From: Burkholderiaceae bacterium
GTDB lineage: Bacteria > Pseudomonadota > Gammaproteobacteria > Burkholderiales > Burkholderiaceae_C
DNA: 64,000 bases
Assembly: GCA_036500605.1 (NCBI GenBank)
Contig: DASYBU010000014.1
Span: forward strand, 3,150-67,149
Direction: 5' to 3'
Shown: positions 47,101 through 54,317 of the stretch, in pieces
Layout of the letters: the number at the start of each line of letters is the position of its first letter
How positions within the stretch are numbered: the stretch's first letter is position 1
The notes under the pieces: generated by a model
The model's input: only the letters and a program-made list of their open reading frames with translations
The model's database searches: none
What the model was told of the DNA's origin: nothing
Position numbers and translations under genes: made by a program

Positions 47101-47682
47101 CTCGGCTCCACCAAGCTGAGCGAAGCCGTGGCGCGCTACTACGCCAAGCTGCTGGCGATCAAGGACGAGTGGGAAGTGGCGCGGCTCTACACCGATGGCA
47201 GCTTCGAGGCCTCGATGAAGGCGCAGTTCGAGAACTGGAATTCCTTGAGCTTCCACATGGCCCCGCCGCTGCTCTCGCGCCCTGGCAAGGACGGCCGCGC
47301 GCGCAAGGTCGAGCTCGGCGGCTGGCTGTTCAAGGGCCTGCAGATCATGGCCCGCCTGCGCTCTTTGCGCGGCAGTCGGATCGACGTCTTCAACATGACC
47401 GCCGAGCGCCGCATGGAACGCCAGCTGATCACCGACTACGAGGCGCTGATCGACGAACTGCTCGCTCATCTGAGCGCCGACAAGCTCGACCTCGCCGTCA
47501 AGCTGGCCAGCCTGCCCGAGAAGATCCGTGGCTACGGCCATGTGAAGCTGGCCAATGTGGTGAGCACGCGCGCGCAGTGGAGCGATCTGCTCGCCGTGTT
47601 CCGCGGCCAGAAGCCCGCTGTGGAAACCGCCGTTGTGAGCTTCGTCAAGAACGTGCGGGTGAAGGGCGTTGCCGAGCTCTGA
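44173..47682 (+). CDS. Indolepyruvate ferredoxin oxidoreductase family protein (fused IorA/IorB, 1169 aa)
   Basis: TPP and [4Fe-4S] motifs CSGCPHNT...GIGCHFMA and CEGCGDCGQASNCLSV...FCPSF. The length and Lrp partner are typical of the betaproteobacterial IOR family. Confidence 0.88.
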   Translation: MLRDYQLSDNLAAETGAVFLTGTQALVRLLLAQKRVDERAGLNTAGFVSGYRGSPLGMVDQQLWKAEKFLDAARVDFLPAINEDLAATACLGVQRVALDPKRTADGVFAMWYGKGPGVDRSGDALKHGNVYGSSKLGGVLVVCGDDHGCVSSSTPHQSDQALQAWSMPLVHPGNVAEYLEFGLYGWALSRFSGAWVGFKAISEVVESGMTVDLDAVPFDFELPIDHQPPTDLHIRSVDLPSLELESRLAHKLDAVLAFAKLNSIDKHIVVSPRATLGIVTVGKAHYDFMEVLRRLNLDPNALAAAGVRIYKVGLVFPLEPTRIAEFAQGLTDMLVIEEKGPVVERQIKELLYHLPDAQRPRVVGKTDERGAPVLSALGELRPSRIMGTVADWLARLNPALDRRHLVVDFLTPALLSNAADAVRRQPYFCSGCPHNTSTKLPEGSRALAGIGCHFMASWMERGTSGLIQMGAEGVDWASHSRFTTEKHVFQNLGDGTYYHSGYLAIRQAIAAKTNITYKILYNDAVAMTGGQPVDGQTSVPQIARQVEAEGVKRLVVVSDDIDKYEGHEELFPDGTSFHPRGELDKVQRELREIEGVTVLIYDQTCAAEKRRRRKKGELEDPPKRIFINEAVCEGCGDCGQASNCLSVVPVETDFGRKRTIEQSSCNKDFSCVNGFCPSFVSVHGAQLKKRAGASYSPEDLASEMRLIGAPSEWQWTGPFDLLVTGVGGTGVVTVGALVSMAAHLQGMQASVLDFMGFAQKGGAVLSFVRVAPTPDLLNQVRIDTQQADVLLACDMVVGASSDALGTVKPGRTVIIANTHELPTASFVRNPDASLHAGSLLDKMRHAVQEDALLTTLDAQAIAKTLMGDTMPSNIIMLGACWQRGLIPVTEAALMRAIELNGVAVAGNKTAFALGRLAIAAPEALKRLAGELQPTEPPKDLDSLIARRVAHLTAYQDAAYAERYAALVARVRKAESSLGSTKLSEAVARYYAKLLAIKDEWEVARLYTDGSFEASMKAQFENWNSLSFHMAPPLLSRPGKDGRARKVELGGWLFKGLQIMARLRSLRGSRIDVFNMTAERRMERQLITDYEALIDELLAHLSADKLDLAVKLASLPEKIRGYGHVKLANVVSTRAQWSDLLAVFRGQKPAVETAVVSFVKNVRVKGVAEL

Positions 47683-47835
47683 CCCCCTAATTTGATTGGG
47701 GTCAGCAAAGACTTTTCTGCTGCCGAAACGACAAGCCCAAGTGCGCAAAGTGCACGATCCGCCGCTTGAAGCGGATCTTCGCAACGCGCAGCATCCCGAC
47801 CTCACACCCGACCCAAGGGGTGGCAGGAGGGCGAT

Positions 47836-48777
47836 GTGCTGGGGTTGTTTCGAGGTCGTGGCAGGAAAGCTGGATGGGTCTGTATTGCGCCGGAGCAGGC
47901 TCGCGCTCAGCTCGCTTGTGTAGAGAGCACCGAGCAAGGCCAGGCACCGAGAGTGCGTTGGGTCTGCACCGAATCCTGGGTCGATCCGACGCAGACGTTG
48001 AGAACCCTGCGCGGCACGCACCAGCTCAAGCGCTGGCCGCTGATGGCCTTGATGGAGCGCGGCCGCTATCAGCTCACGCAGTTGGAGGCGCCGAACAGCC
48101 CGCGCGAGGACTGGCGCCAGGCCAGCCGCTGGCAGTTGCAGGAGCGGGTCGACTTTCCCGTCGACAGTGCCGCGATCGACGTGCTGGAGATTCCCGGCAA
48201 TGCCGCATCGGGCCGCCGGCCACACCTGCTCGCTGCGGTCGCGGCCCGCGACGCGGTACTGCCGCTGCTCAACGCCAGCACCGAGGCCCGCCTGCGGCTC
48301 GACGTGCTCGATGTGCCCGAAACCGCGCTCCGCAATATCAGCGCCCTGCTTGAAGCGGACGGCGGCGCGCAGGCGCTGCTGCATGTGGGCGAGCACAGCA
48401 GCAGCCTCGTGATCACGCAAGGCGGCGAGCTGCTGCTGACGCGGCAGCTCGACCGCGACGGGTCCGATCTGTCGAATCCCGATCCGGAGCTTCGCCAGCA
48501 GGCGTTCGAGCGCGCCGGGCTTGACCTGCAACGCACGCTCGACGGCTTCGAACGCAGCCACACGCAAGTCGCGCTGACGCGGCTGCTGGTGGCGCCGGGC
48601 CAGGCGCTGCCGGACTTCCTCGGCTACATCCGCGAGCTGCTCTACGTGCCGGTGGTGCCGCTGGAGCCGGGCGAGCGGCTCGATCTCTCCGCCGTGCCCG
48701 AGCTGGCGCGCGATCCGCGGGTGCTCTCGCGCTATCTGTGCGCGATCGGCGCCGCGCTACGGCCACGGGCGGATTGA
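47836..48777 (+). CDS. mshI: MSHA-type pilus assembly protein MshI (PilM-like cytoplasmic actin-fold part)
   Basis: 313 aa; the N-terminus LFRGRGRKAGWVCIAPEQARAQLACVE follows the MshI/PilM pattern. It is first in a chain of overlapping msh genes. Confidence 0.55.
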   Translation: MLGLFRGRGRKAGWVCIAPEQARAQLACVESTEQGQAPRVRWVCTESWVDPTQTLRTLRGTHQLKRWPLMALMERGRYQLTQLEAPNSPREDWRQASRWQLQERVDFPVDSAAIDVLEIPGNAASGRRPHLLAAVAARDAVLPLLNASTEARLRLDVLDVPETALRNISALLEADGGAQALLHVGEHSSSLVITQGGELLLTRQLDRDGSDLSNPDPELRQQAFERAGLDLQRTLDGFERSHTQVALTRLLVAPGQALPDFLGYIRELLYVPVVPLEPGERLDLSAVPELARDPRVLSRYLCAIGAALRPRAD

Positions 48778-48779
48778 GC

Positions 48780-49424
48780 ATGGCCTTGAGCGCCCAACAC
48801 CTGAATCTTCTGGACGAGCATGTTCGTCCGCCGCGCCAGCGCTATACCGCTGTGCAGAGCTTGATGGCTTGCGCAGCGCTGTTGGCGCTCGGCGGTCTGG
48901 CCGCCGCGAGTTTGCATTGGGCCGCGCAAGGGCGGCAGGAGGAACTGGACCAGACACGCCTCAGCTTGAACTCGCTTCAGGCGCAGTGGCAGGCGCCGCC
49001 CGCGTTGGCCTCCGTGCTGGCGACTCAAGCGCGCGAGCTTCAAGCGCTGCGCGAGCAGGATCACCGCCAGCAAGCCCTCGCGCTGGCGCTGTCGTCGGGC
49101 AGTGCCGGGCGACGTGAGGGTTATGCCGATCATCTGCGCGCCCTCTGGCACCAGGGCGGTTCGGCGCAACTCTGGCTCACCGGCTTCCGGGTCGACGGCC
49201 AGGACATGGAGATCGCCGGCCGCATGACCGATGCCGCCGCGTTGCCGCCCTACCTGCGCCAGCTCAACGAGGAGCCGCTGTTCCAGGGCCGCCTCTTTGC
49301 TCAGCTCAATGTCAGCACGCCAACTGGCAACGGGGTCGGCAACGGGGCCGGGAACGAGGCCGGCAGCCCGAGCTTCACCGAGTTCCTGCTGACGACGCAT
49401 GAAGCGTCCGGGAGCAAGCCATGA
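48780..49424 (+). CDS. PilN-like bitopic pilus assembly protein (MshI C-terminal part)
   Basis: About 214 aa with one transmembrane helix (AVQSLMACAALLALGGLAAASL) and a periplasmic coiled-coil. Its stop overlaps the next start in an ATGA. Confidence 0.55.
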   Translation: MALSAQHLNLLDEHVRPPRQRYTAVQSLMACAALLALGGLAAASLHWAAQGRQEELDQTRLSLNSLQAQWQAPPALASVLATQARELQALREQDHRQQALALALSSGSAGRREGYADHLRALWHQGGSAQLWLTGFRVDGQDMEIAGRMTDAAALPPYLRQLNEEPLFQGRLFAQLNVSTPTGNGVGNGAGNEAGSPSFTEFLLTTHEASGSKP

Positions 49425-50059
49425 AGACTCGGCTGCGCCAAGTCCTGGAGAAGCTCGATGCCCGCTCACAACGCGAGCGCGTGCTGTTGCTCCTTGTCGG
49501 CCTGGTGCTGAGCCTGTGCGTCGTGGAGATGGGGCTGGTCACGCCAGCGTTCGAGCGCTTCCGCGCGCTCGGCGCGGCGGTCGACGAGGCGGAGCTCGCC
49601 GTGCGCAAGACGCGCGGCGCGCTGATCCAGCGCGACCACGAGGTTCTGCGGCAAAAGGCCGCGCAGTCGCAAGAGATCGCCGCGCTTACCGAACAACTCC
49701 AGCGCGCCCAGCGCGAACTGGCCGAGCGCAGCGCCAGCCTCGTGCCGGCGCCTGACATGCTCAAGGTGCTGGACGGCGTGCTGCATCGCAACGGCCAGCT
49801 GAAGCTGCGAGCGATGCAGAACCTGGCGCCCGTCGAGCTCGGCCCGGCCGCCAGTGGCGCACCGCTCTACCGCCACGGCGTGCAGCTGACCGTCGAGGGC
49901 AGCTTCGCCGAGCTGCTGGCCTATTGCGGCGAGCTGGAACACCTGCCGCAGCATCTGCTGTGGGGCCCGATGGCGCTGGACGCCAAGGCCTACCCGCGCG
50001 TGCAGCTCAAGCTGCAGCTCTACACGCTCAGCCAGGAGAAGCCGTGGCTGCAACTCTGA
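49421..50059 (+). CDS. mshJ: MshJ / PilO-like pilus assembly protein
   Basis: 212 aa with a transmembrane helix (RVLLLLVGLVLSLCVV), a coiled-coil and a C-terminal PilO-like domain. Confidence 0.55.
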   Translation: MKTRLRQVLEKLDARSQRERVLLLLVGLVLSLCVVEMGLVTPAFERFRALGAAVDEAELAVRKTRGALIQRDHEVLRQKAAQSQEIAALTEQLQRAQRELAERSASLVPAPDMLKVLDGVLHRNGQLKLRAMQNLAPVELGPAASGAPLYRHGVQLTVEGSFAELLAYCGELEHLPQHLLWGPMALDAKAYPRVQLKLQLYTLSQEKPWLQL

Positions 50060-50430
50060 AATCGCTGCTCGCCACCGCGGCCGTGGTCGTGGCACTTGGC
50101 GCGTCCGCCATCGCCCATTCGCAAGGCGATCCCACACGACCGCCGTCGAACCTGATGGCCGAGCCAAGCGCGGGCGCGGCCGCGGCCGGCGCACCGGCAC
50201 CCAAGCCGCTGAGCTTGCAGGCGCTTCGACTCGGCCCCGACCTGGCGCCCTCGGCCCTGCTCGACGGCCGCGTCGTGCATGTCGGTGATCGCGTGCGTGA
50301 AGACATGCGCGTGCTCGCCATCACCGCGCAAGGCGTGCAGCTCGGGCATCCGAACAAGCCCGGCGAAAGCAACTGGCTGCGCATCAGCCCGAACGTCAAG
50401 AAATCTCAGGCAGGCCACGAATCCCCATGA
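50044..50430 (+). CDS. mshK: MshK-like small secreted pilus biogenesis protein (GTG start inferred)
   Basis: The in-frame segment reads VAATLKSLLATAAVVVALGASAIAHSQGDP... The start codon is uncertain. Its stop overlaps the mshL ATG in an ATGA. Confidence 0.4.
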   Translation: MAATLKSLLATAAVVVALGASAIAHSQGDPTRPPSNLMAEPSAGAAAAGAPAPKPLSLQALRLGPDLAPSALLDGRVVHVGDRVREDMRVLAITAQGVQLGHPNKPGESNWLRISPNVKKSQAGHESP

Positions 50431-52013
50431 ATACAAAAACGCTGCTGAATGCTGTGACTCTGGCGCTCGTCTGTGCCACTTTCTCTTGCGCCACCGCCTC
50501 CTCATGGGCCTCGGCCGCCACGCCGGAACGCTTCGACCTCTCCGTCGACAACGCGCCTGCCGCGCAGGTGTTCATGCAGATCGGCGCCGACACGCCCTAC
50601 AACATCATCGTCTCGCCGGAGCTCAGCGGCCAGGTCTCGCTGCGCCTCAAGAGCACGACGGTCATGGAGGTGCTCGACGCGCTGCGCGATCTTTACGGCT
50701 ACGACTACCGCATCACCGGCAACCGCGTGTTCGTGATGCCGAACACCGTGCAGACGCGCCTGTTCCGCATCAATTACCTGCCGGGCCGCAGACAGGGCGC
50801 GAGCGATCTGCATGTGACTTCAAGCGCGATCACGACGGCGCCTCTCAGCAACAGCGGCAACAGCGGCAATAGCGGCACCGGCAACACCGCCGGCGCCAAC
50901 AACGTGCAGAACGGCCCCGCCTCCGCAGCCGGCGCGCGTTCTGACGACAGCTCGCATGTCCACACCAGCTCCGACGCCGACTTCTGGCGCGAGGTGCAGA
51001 ACTCGCTGAACACGCTGATCGGCACGGGCGAGAAGCGCAGCGTGGTGCTGAACCCCGCGGCCGGCGTGCTCGTCGTGCGCGCCACGCCGGCCGAGCTGCG
51101 CCAGGTCGAGGAGTACCTGAAAGCCGTGCAGATCTCGGTCGAGCGCCAGGTCATGATCGAGGCCAAGATCGTGCAGGTCCAGCTCAACGACGACTCGCAG
51201 GCCGGCATCAACTGGGGCGCGTTCGCGAGCAGCCTGTTCGGCAACGGCACGCGGCTCGCACTCGGCGTGGCCGCACCGGGTGTGGTGCTCGGGCGCAGCG
51301 GCTCCTACACGGACGCCGACGGCAACACGATCACGGCGGGCTCCGGCATCAGCACGGGCGCCTCGCCGCCAGGCCGCGGCTTCAACGGCATCGGCGTGCA
51401 GGCGCCGAACTTCTCCGCGCTGTTGAACTTCCTGCAGACGCAGGGCAACACCAACGTGCTGTCGAGCCCGCGCATCACCTCGCTGAACAACCAGAAGGCC
51501 TTGCTCAAGGTCGGCAGCGATTCGCTCTACGTGACCGCCGTCACCACCAACACCACGACGGCCGGCACCAGCACGGTCAGCTCGCCGACGCTGACGCTCA
51601 CCCCGTTCTTCAGCGGCATCATGCTCGACGTCACGCCGCAGATCGACGACGAAGGCCACGTCATCCTGCATGTGCACCCCGCGGTCAGCGTGGTCACGAC
51701 GGTGCCGACCAGCATCAATCTCGGCACGCTGGGCTCCTACACGCTGCCGCTGCCGACGAGCGCCGTCAACGAGACCGACTCGATCGTGCGCGTCGCCGAA
51801 GGCCATGTGGTGGCGATCGGCGGCCTCATGCAGCAGACCACCAGCGACGATCGCAACGGCGTGCCGGGCTTGTCGCAGTTGCCGGTCGTGGGCGGCTTGT
51901 TCCGTCAGACGGCCACCGTCAATCGCAAGCAGGAGCTGGTCATCCTGATCAAGCCGACGGTGATCACCGACGAGAACCTCTCGGCGGTCGAGGCGAAATT
52001 CGAGGCGAAGTAG
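50427..52013 (+). CDS. mshL: Secretin MshL (type II/IV secretion system secretin, pilus outer-membrane channel)
   Basis: 528 aa with a signal peptide, an N-domain, and the secretin C-domain (LKAVQISVERQVMIEAKIVQVQLNDDSQAGINWG...NTNVLSSPRITSLNNQKALLKVG...VVAIGGLM). Confidence 0.85.
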   Translation: MNTKTLLNAVTLALVCATFSCATASSWASAATPERFDLSVDNAPAAQVFMQIGADTPYNIIVSPELSGQVSLRLKSTTVMEVLDALRDLYGYDYRITGNRVFVMPNTVQTRLFRINYLPGRRQGASDLHVTSSAITTAPLSNSGNSGNSGTGNTAGANNVQNGPASAAGARSDDSSHVHTSSDADFWREVQNSLNTLIGTGEKRSVVLNPAAGVLVVRATPAELRQVEEYLKAVQISVERQVMIEAKIVQVQLNDDSQAGINWGAFASSLFGNGTRLALGVAAPGVVLGRSGSYTDADGNTITAGSGISTGASPPGRGFNGIGVQAPNFSALLNFLQTQGNTNVLSSPRITSLNNQKALLKVGSDSLYVTAVTTNTTTAGTSTVSSPTLTLTPFFSGIMLDVTPQIDDEGHVILHVHPAVSVVTTVPTSINLGTLGSYTLPLPTSAVNETDSIVRVAEGHVVAIGGLMQQTTSDDRNGVPGLSQLPVVGGLFRQTATVNRKQELVILIKPTVITDENLSAVEAKFEAK

Positions 52014-52022
52014 GAGCTCCGG

Positions 52023-53744
52023 ATGGCCCGCCCCGAACGCATCCGACTCGGCGATCTGCTCGTGCAGCAGGCGCTGCTGAGCGCCGAGCAATTGAGCGAA
52101 GCGCTGACCTTGCAGAAGGCGAGCGGCCGCAAGCTGGGCCGCGTCTTCATCGACAAGGGCTGGGTCAGCGAGCAGCAGATCGCCGAGGCGCTGGCCCGGC
52201 AGCTGCGCATTCCCTTCATCGATCTCTCGCGGCGTACGGTGCGGCCCGAGGTCGCGCAGCTGCTGCCCGAGGTGCAGGCGCGCCGCCTGCGCGTGCTGCC
52301 GCTTGAGCTCACGGCGGACGGCCTGATGGTCGGCATGGCCGACCCCAGCGACATCCGCGCCTACGACGAGATGACGCAGTTGCTCAAGCACGAGATCGAG
52401 CTCGTGGTGGTGATGGAATCGCAGCTGATGTCGACGATCGATCTCGTCTACCGCGGCGGCGACAAGATCGACGGCCTGGCCAAGGCACTGACCAGCGAGC
52501 TCTCGAGCGTGACGCTCGACTTCGGCAACCCGCTGGGCCAGACCACCGCCGGCGCCGAGGACGCGCCGGTCGCGCGGCTGCTGCTGTCGGTGTTCGAGGA
52601 AGCGCTGCGCGTGCGCGCCTCGGACATCCACATCGAGCCTCAGGAAAAACACCTGCGCATCCGCTACCGGATCGACGGCGAGATGCACAGCCAGACCGAG
52701 GTCGACTCCAAGATCGCCGGCGCGGTGGCGCTGCGGCTCAAGCTGATGGCGGGCCTCGACATCTCCGAGAAGCGCCTGCCGCAGGACGGCCGCTTCGCGG
52801 TCAAGATCAAGCAGGGCGAGGTGGACCTGCGCGTCTCCACCATGCCCACGCAGCATGGCGAATCGGTGGTCATGCGGATCCTCAGCCAGAACAGCGGCCT
52901 GCTCAGGCTGGCCGCCCTCAAGCTGCCGGCGCATGTGGATGCGGCGCTGCGCCGGGCGCTTCAGAAGAGCTCCGGCCTGGTGCTGGTGACGGGCCCCACG
53001 GGCAGCGGCAAGACCACCACGCTCTACGCGGCGCTGAACGAGCTGAACACGCCGACCCGCAAGATCATCACGGTCGAGGACCCGATCGAATACCGCATGC
53101 CCGGCCTCAACCAGGTGCAGGTGCAGGAGAAGATCGACCTGAGCTTTGCGCGCGTGCTGCGCTCCGCCCTGCGCCAGGATCCAGACGTCGTGCTGGTCGG
53201 CGAGATGCGCGACCAGGAAACCGCCGAGATCGGCCTGCGCGCCGCCATGACCGGGCATCTGGTGCTCTCCAGCCTGCACACCAACGACGCGGCCAGCACG
53301 CCGATCCGCCTGATGGACATGGGCGTGCCGCGCTTCATCGTGGCGAGCTCGCTGCAGCTCGTGCTGGCGCAGCGCCTGCTGCGTGTCGTCTGCGCGCACT
53401 GCGCCGAACCGCACCAGCCCGATGCTCACGAGCTGGCATGGCTGCGCGCGATCGGCGGCACAGGCGGAGATGCGTCGATCGACACGTCTTCTCTACGCCT
53501 GGGCTGCGGCTGCGCCAAGTGCAACAACACCGGCTACGCGGGCCGCACCGGCGTCTATGAATTCATGGAGATGGACCGCGACCTGGCCCTCGCCTGCAAC
53601 CACCCCGATCCGCGCACGCTGATGGACGCGGCCCAGGCACAGATGGCCGGCCGCACGCTGGCGCGCGAGGCCCTGCGGCTCGCGCTCGCGGGCCGCGCCT
53701 CCCTCCATGACGCGATGGCGGTCAGCAGCCAGTTTGTCGACTGA
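52023..53744 (+). CDS. mshE: MshE-type GspE/PilB-family secretion ATPase with an N-terminal MshEN c-di-GMP-binding domain
   Basis: Two MshEN motifs (RLGDLLVQQALLSAEQLSEALTLQ and KLGRVFIDKGWVSEQQIAEALARQ), Walker A GPTGSGKTT, and a C-terminal tetracysteine CAHC...CGCAKC. Confidence 0.9.
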   Translation: MARPERIRLGDLLVQQALLSAEQLSEALTLQKASGRKLGRVFIDKGWVSEQQIAEALARQLRIPFIDLSRRTVRPEVAQLLPEVQARRLRVLPLELTADGLMVGMADPSDIRAYDEMTQLLKHEIELVVVMESQLMSTIDLVYRGGDKIDGLAKALTSELSSVTLDFGNPLGQTTAGAEDAPVARLLLSVFEEALRVRASDIHIEPQEKHLRIRYRIDGEMHSQTEVDSKIAGAVALRLKLMAGLDISEKRLPQDGRFAVKIKQGEVDLRVSTMPTQHGESVVMRILSQNSGLLRLAALKLPAHVDAALRRALQKSSGLVLVTGPTGSGKTTTLYAALNELNTPTRKIITVEDPIEYRMPGLNQVQVQEKIDLSFARVLRSALRQDPDVVLVGEMRDQETAEIGLRAAMTGHLVLSSLHTNDAASTPIRLMDMGVPRFIVASSLQLVLAQRLLRVVCAHCAEPHQPDAHELAWLRAIGGTGGDASIDTSSLRLGCGCAKCNNTGYAGRTGVYEFMEMDRDLALACNHPDPRTLMDAAQAQMAGRTLAREALRLALAGRASLHDAMAVSSQFVD

Positions 53745-54253
53745 TGCCGAACTTCGCCTACACCGCCCGCCTTGGCGATGAAATCCACAGCGGCCTGCAA
53801 GAGGGCGCCAGCGCCGTGGCCGTGGCGAGCCTGTTGCAGGGCCGCGGCCTGACGCCGGTGACGATCGCGGTCAGCGACAAGCGCGCGCCGGGCGCAGCGA
53901 TCAGCGCGGTGATCAAACCGGAGAGCCTGCTGACCCGCTGGACCGAACACAAGGTCAACGGTCATGGCGCGCTGACGATCACGCCGCCGGCCCGTGCCGG
54001 CAGTTTCAGCCTGGCGCCCAACCTCGGCGCAGGCACCAGCAGCAGCGCCTGCGTGGCCACGCCCTCGGCCTCGATCAGCGCCAACGCGCCCGGCGCGACG
54101 CTGGCCTGGCTGCGCTCGCAGTACGGCGCGGCCAGCACCAACGCGAGCGCCTGCCCGGGCGGCAGTTGGGGCTCAGATCCCAGCGCGCGCGCCAGCTTCG
54201 GCATCTCTTCACCCGAAACGCAGAGGAACATCCGTGTCACGGAAATGCAGTGA
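53744..54253 (+). pseudogene. mshG: Truncated mshG/gspF (inner-membrane platform protein): only about 65 N-terminal codons, fused in frame to a copy of the C-terminal segment of the downstream large ORF
   Basis: The N-terminus MPNFAYTARLGDEIHSGLQEGASAVAVASLLQGRGLTPVTIAV matches the GspF N-terminal pattern as I recall it. The C-terminal ~100 aa (VNGHGALTITPPARAGSFSLAPNLG...GISSPETQRNIRVTEMQ) duplicate the end of ORF 54288..57017. I see no GspF continuation in the other frames. Confidence 0.5.
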
Positions 54254-54260
54254 GCAGCGC
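53954..54260 (+). repeat. Direct repeat, copy 1 (about 300 bp; the 3' 80 bp are identical and about 175 bp are ~95% identical to copy 2 at 56730..57024)
   Basis: Direct comparison of the two sequences. Both copies end in aacatccgtgtcacggaaatgcagtgagcagcgc, which contains the GTG and leader codons of a prepilin. Confidence 0.85.
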
Positions 54261-54287
54261 CGCTGCACGCGGCCTGAGTGGGAGCGG

Positions 54288-54317
54288 ATGCGGATGCGGA
54301 TGCGGATGCGGATGGTG
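54288..54317 (+). repeat. (ATGCGG)4-ATGGTG hexanucleotide start-codon repeat giving five consecutive in-frame ATGs (MRMRMRMRMV)
   Basis: Direct reading: gag cgg ATGCGG ATGCGG ATGCGG ATGCGG ATGGTG at 54288-54317, at the start of the large ORF. Confidence 0.85.

Noticed and set aside
47683-47710. Hairpin TGACCCC-N11-GGGGTCA downstream of the indolepyruvate oxidoreductase gene as a terminator
   Set aside because: The stem is only 7 bp with an 11-nt loop and no T-tract. It is plausible but too weak to annotate.
45679-48567. 962-aa minus-strand ORF antisense to the indolepyruvate oxidoreductase gene and mshI
   Set aside because: Antisense artefact. The plus strand encodes clear TPP and Fe-S motifs, and the minus frame is Arg/Ala/Gly-rich with no domains.
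50820-53429. 869-aa minus-strand ORF antisense to mshL/mshE
   Set aside because: Antisense artefact. The plus strand has secretin motifs and Walker A/MshEN motifs, and the minus frame is Arg/Ala/His/Gln-rich.
54288-54317. Possible CRISPR array or other interspaced repeat at the (ATGCGG)n block and at the 300-bp direct repeats
   Set aside because: It is a simple hexamer microsatellite with no spacers. The 300-bp repeats are protein-coding duplications, not repeat-spacer units. No cas genes are present in the window.
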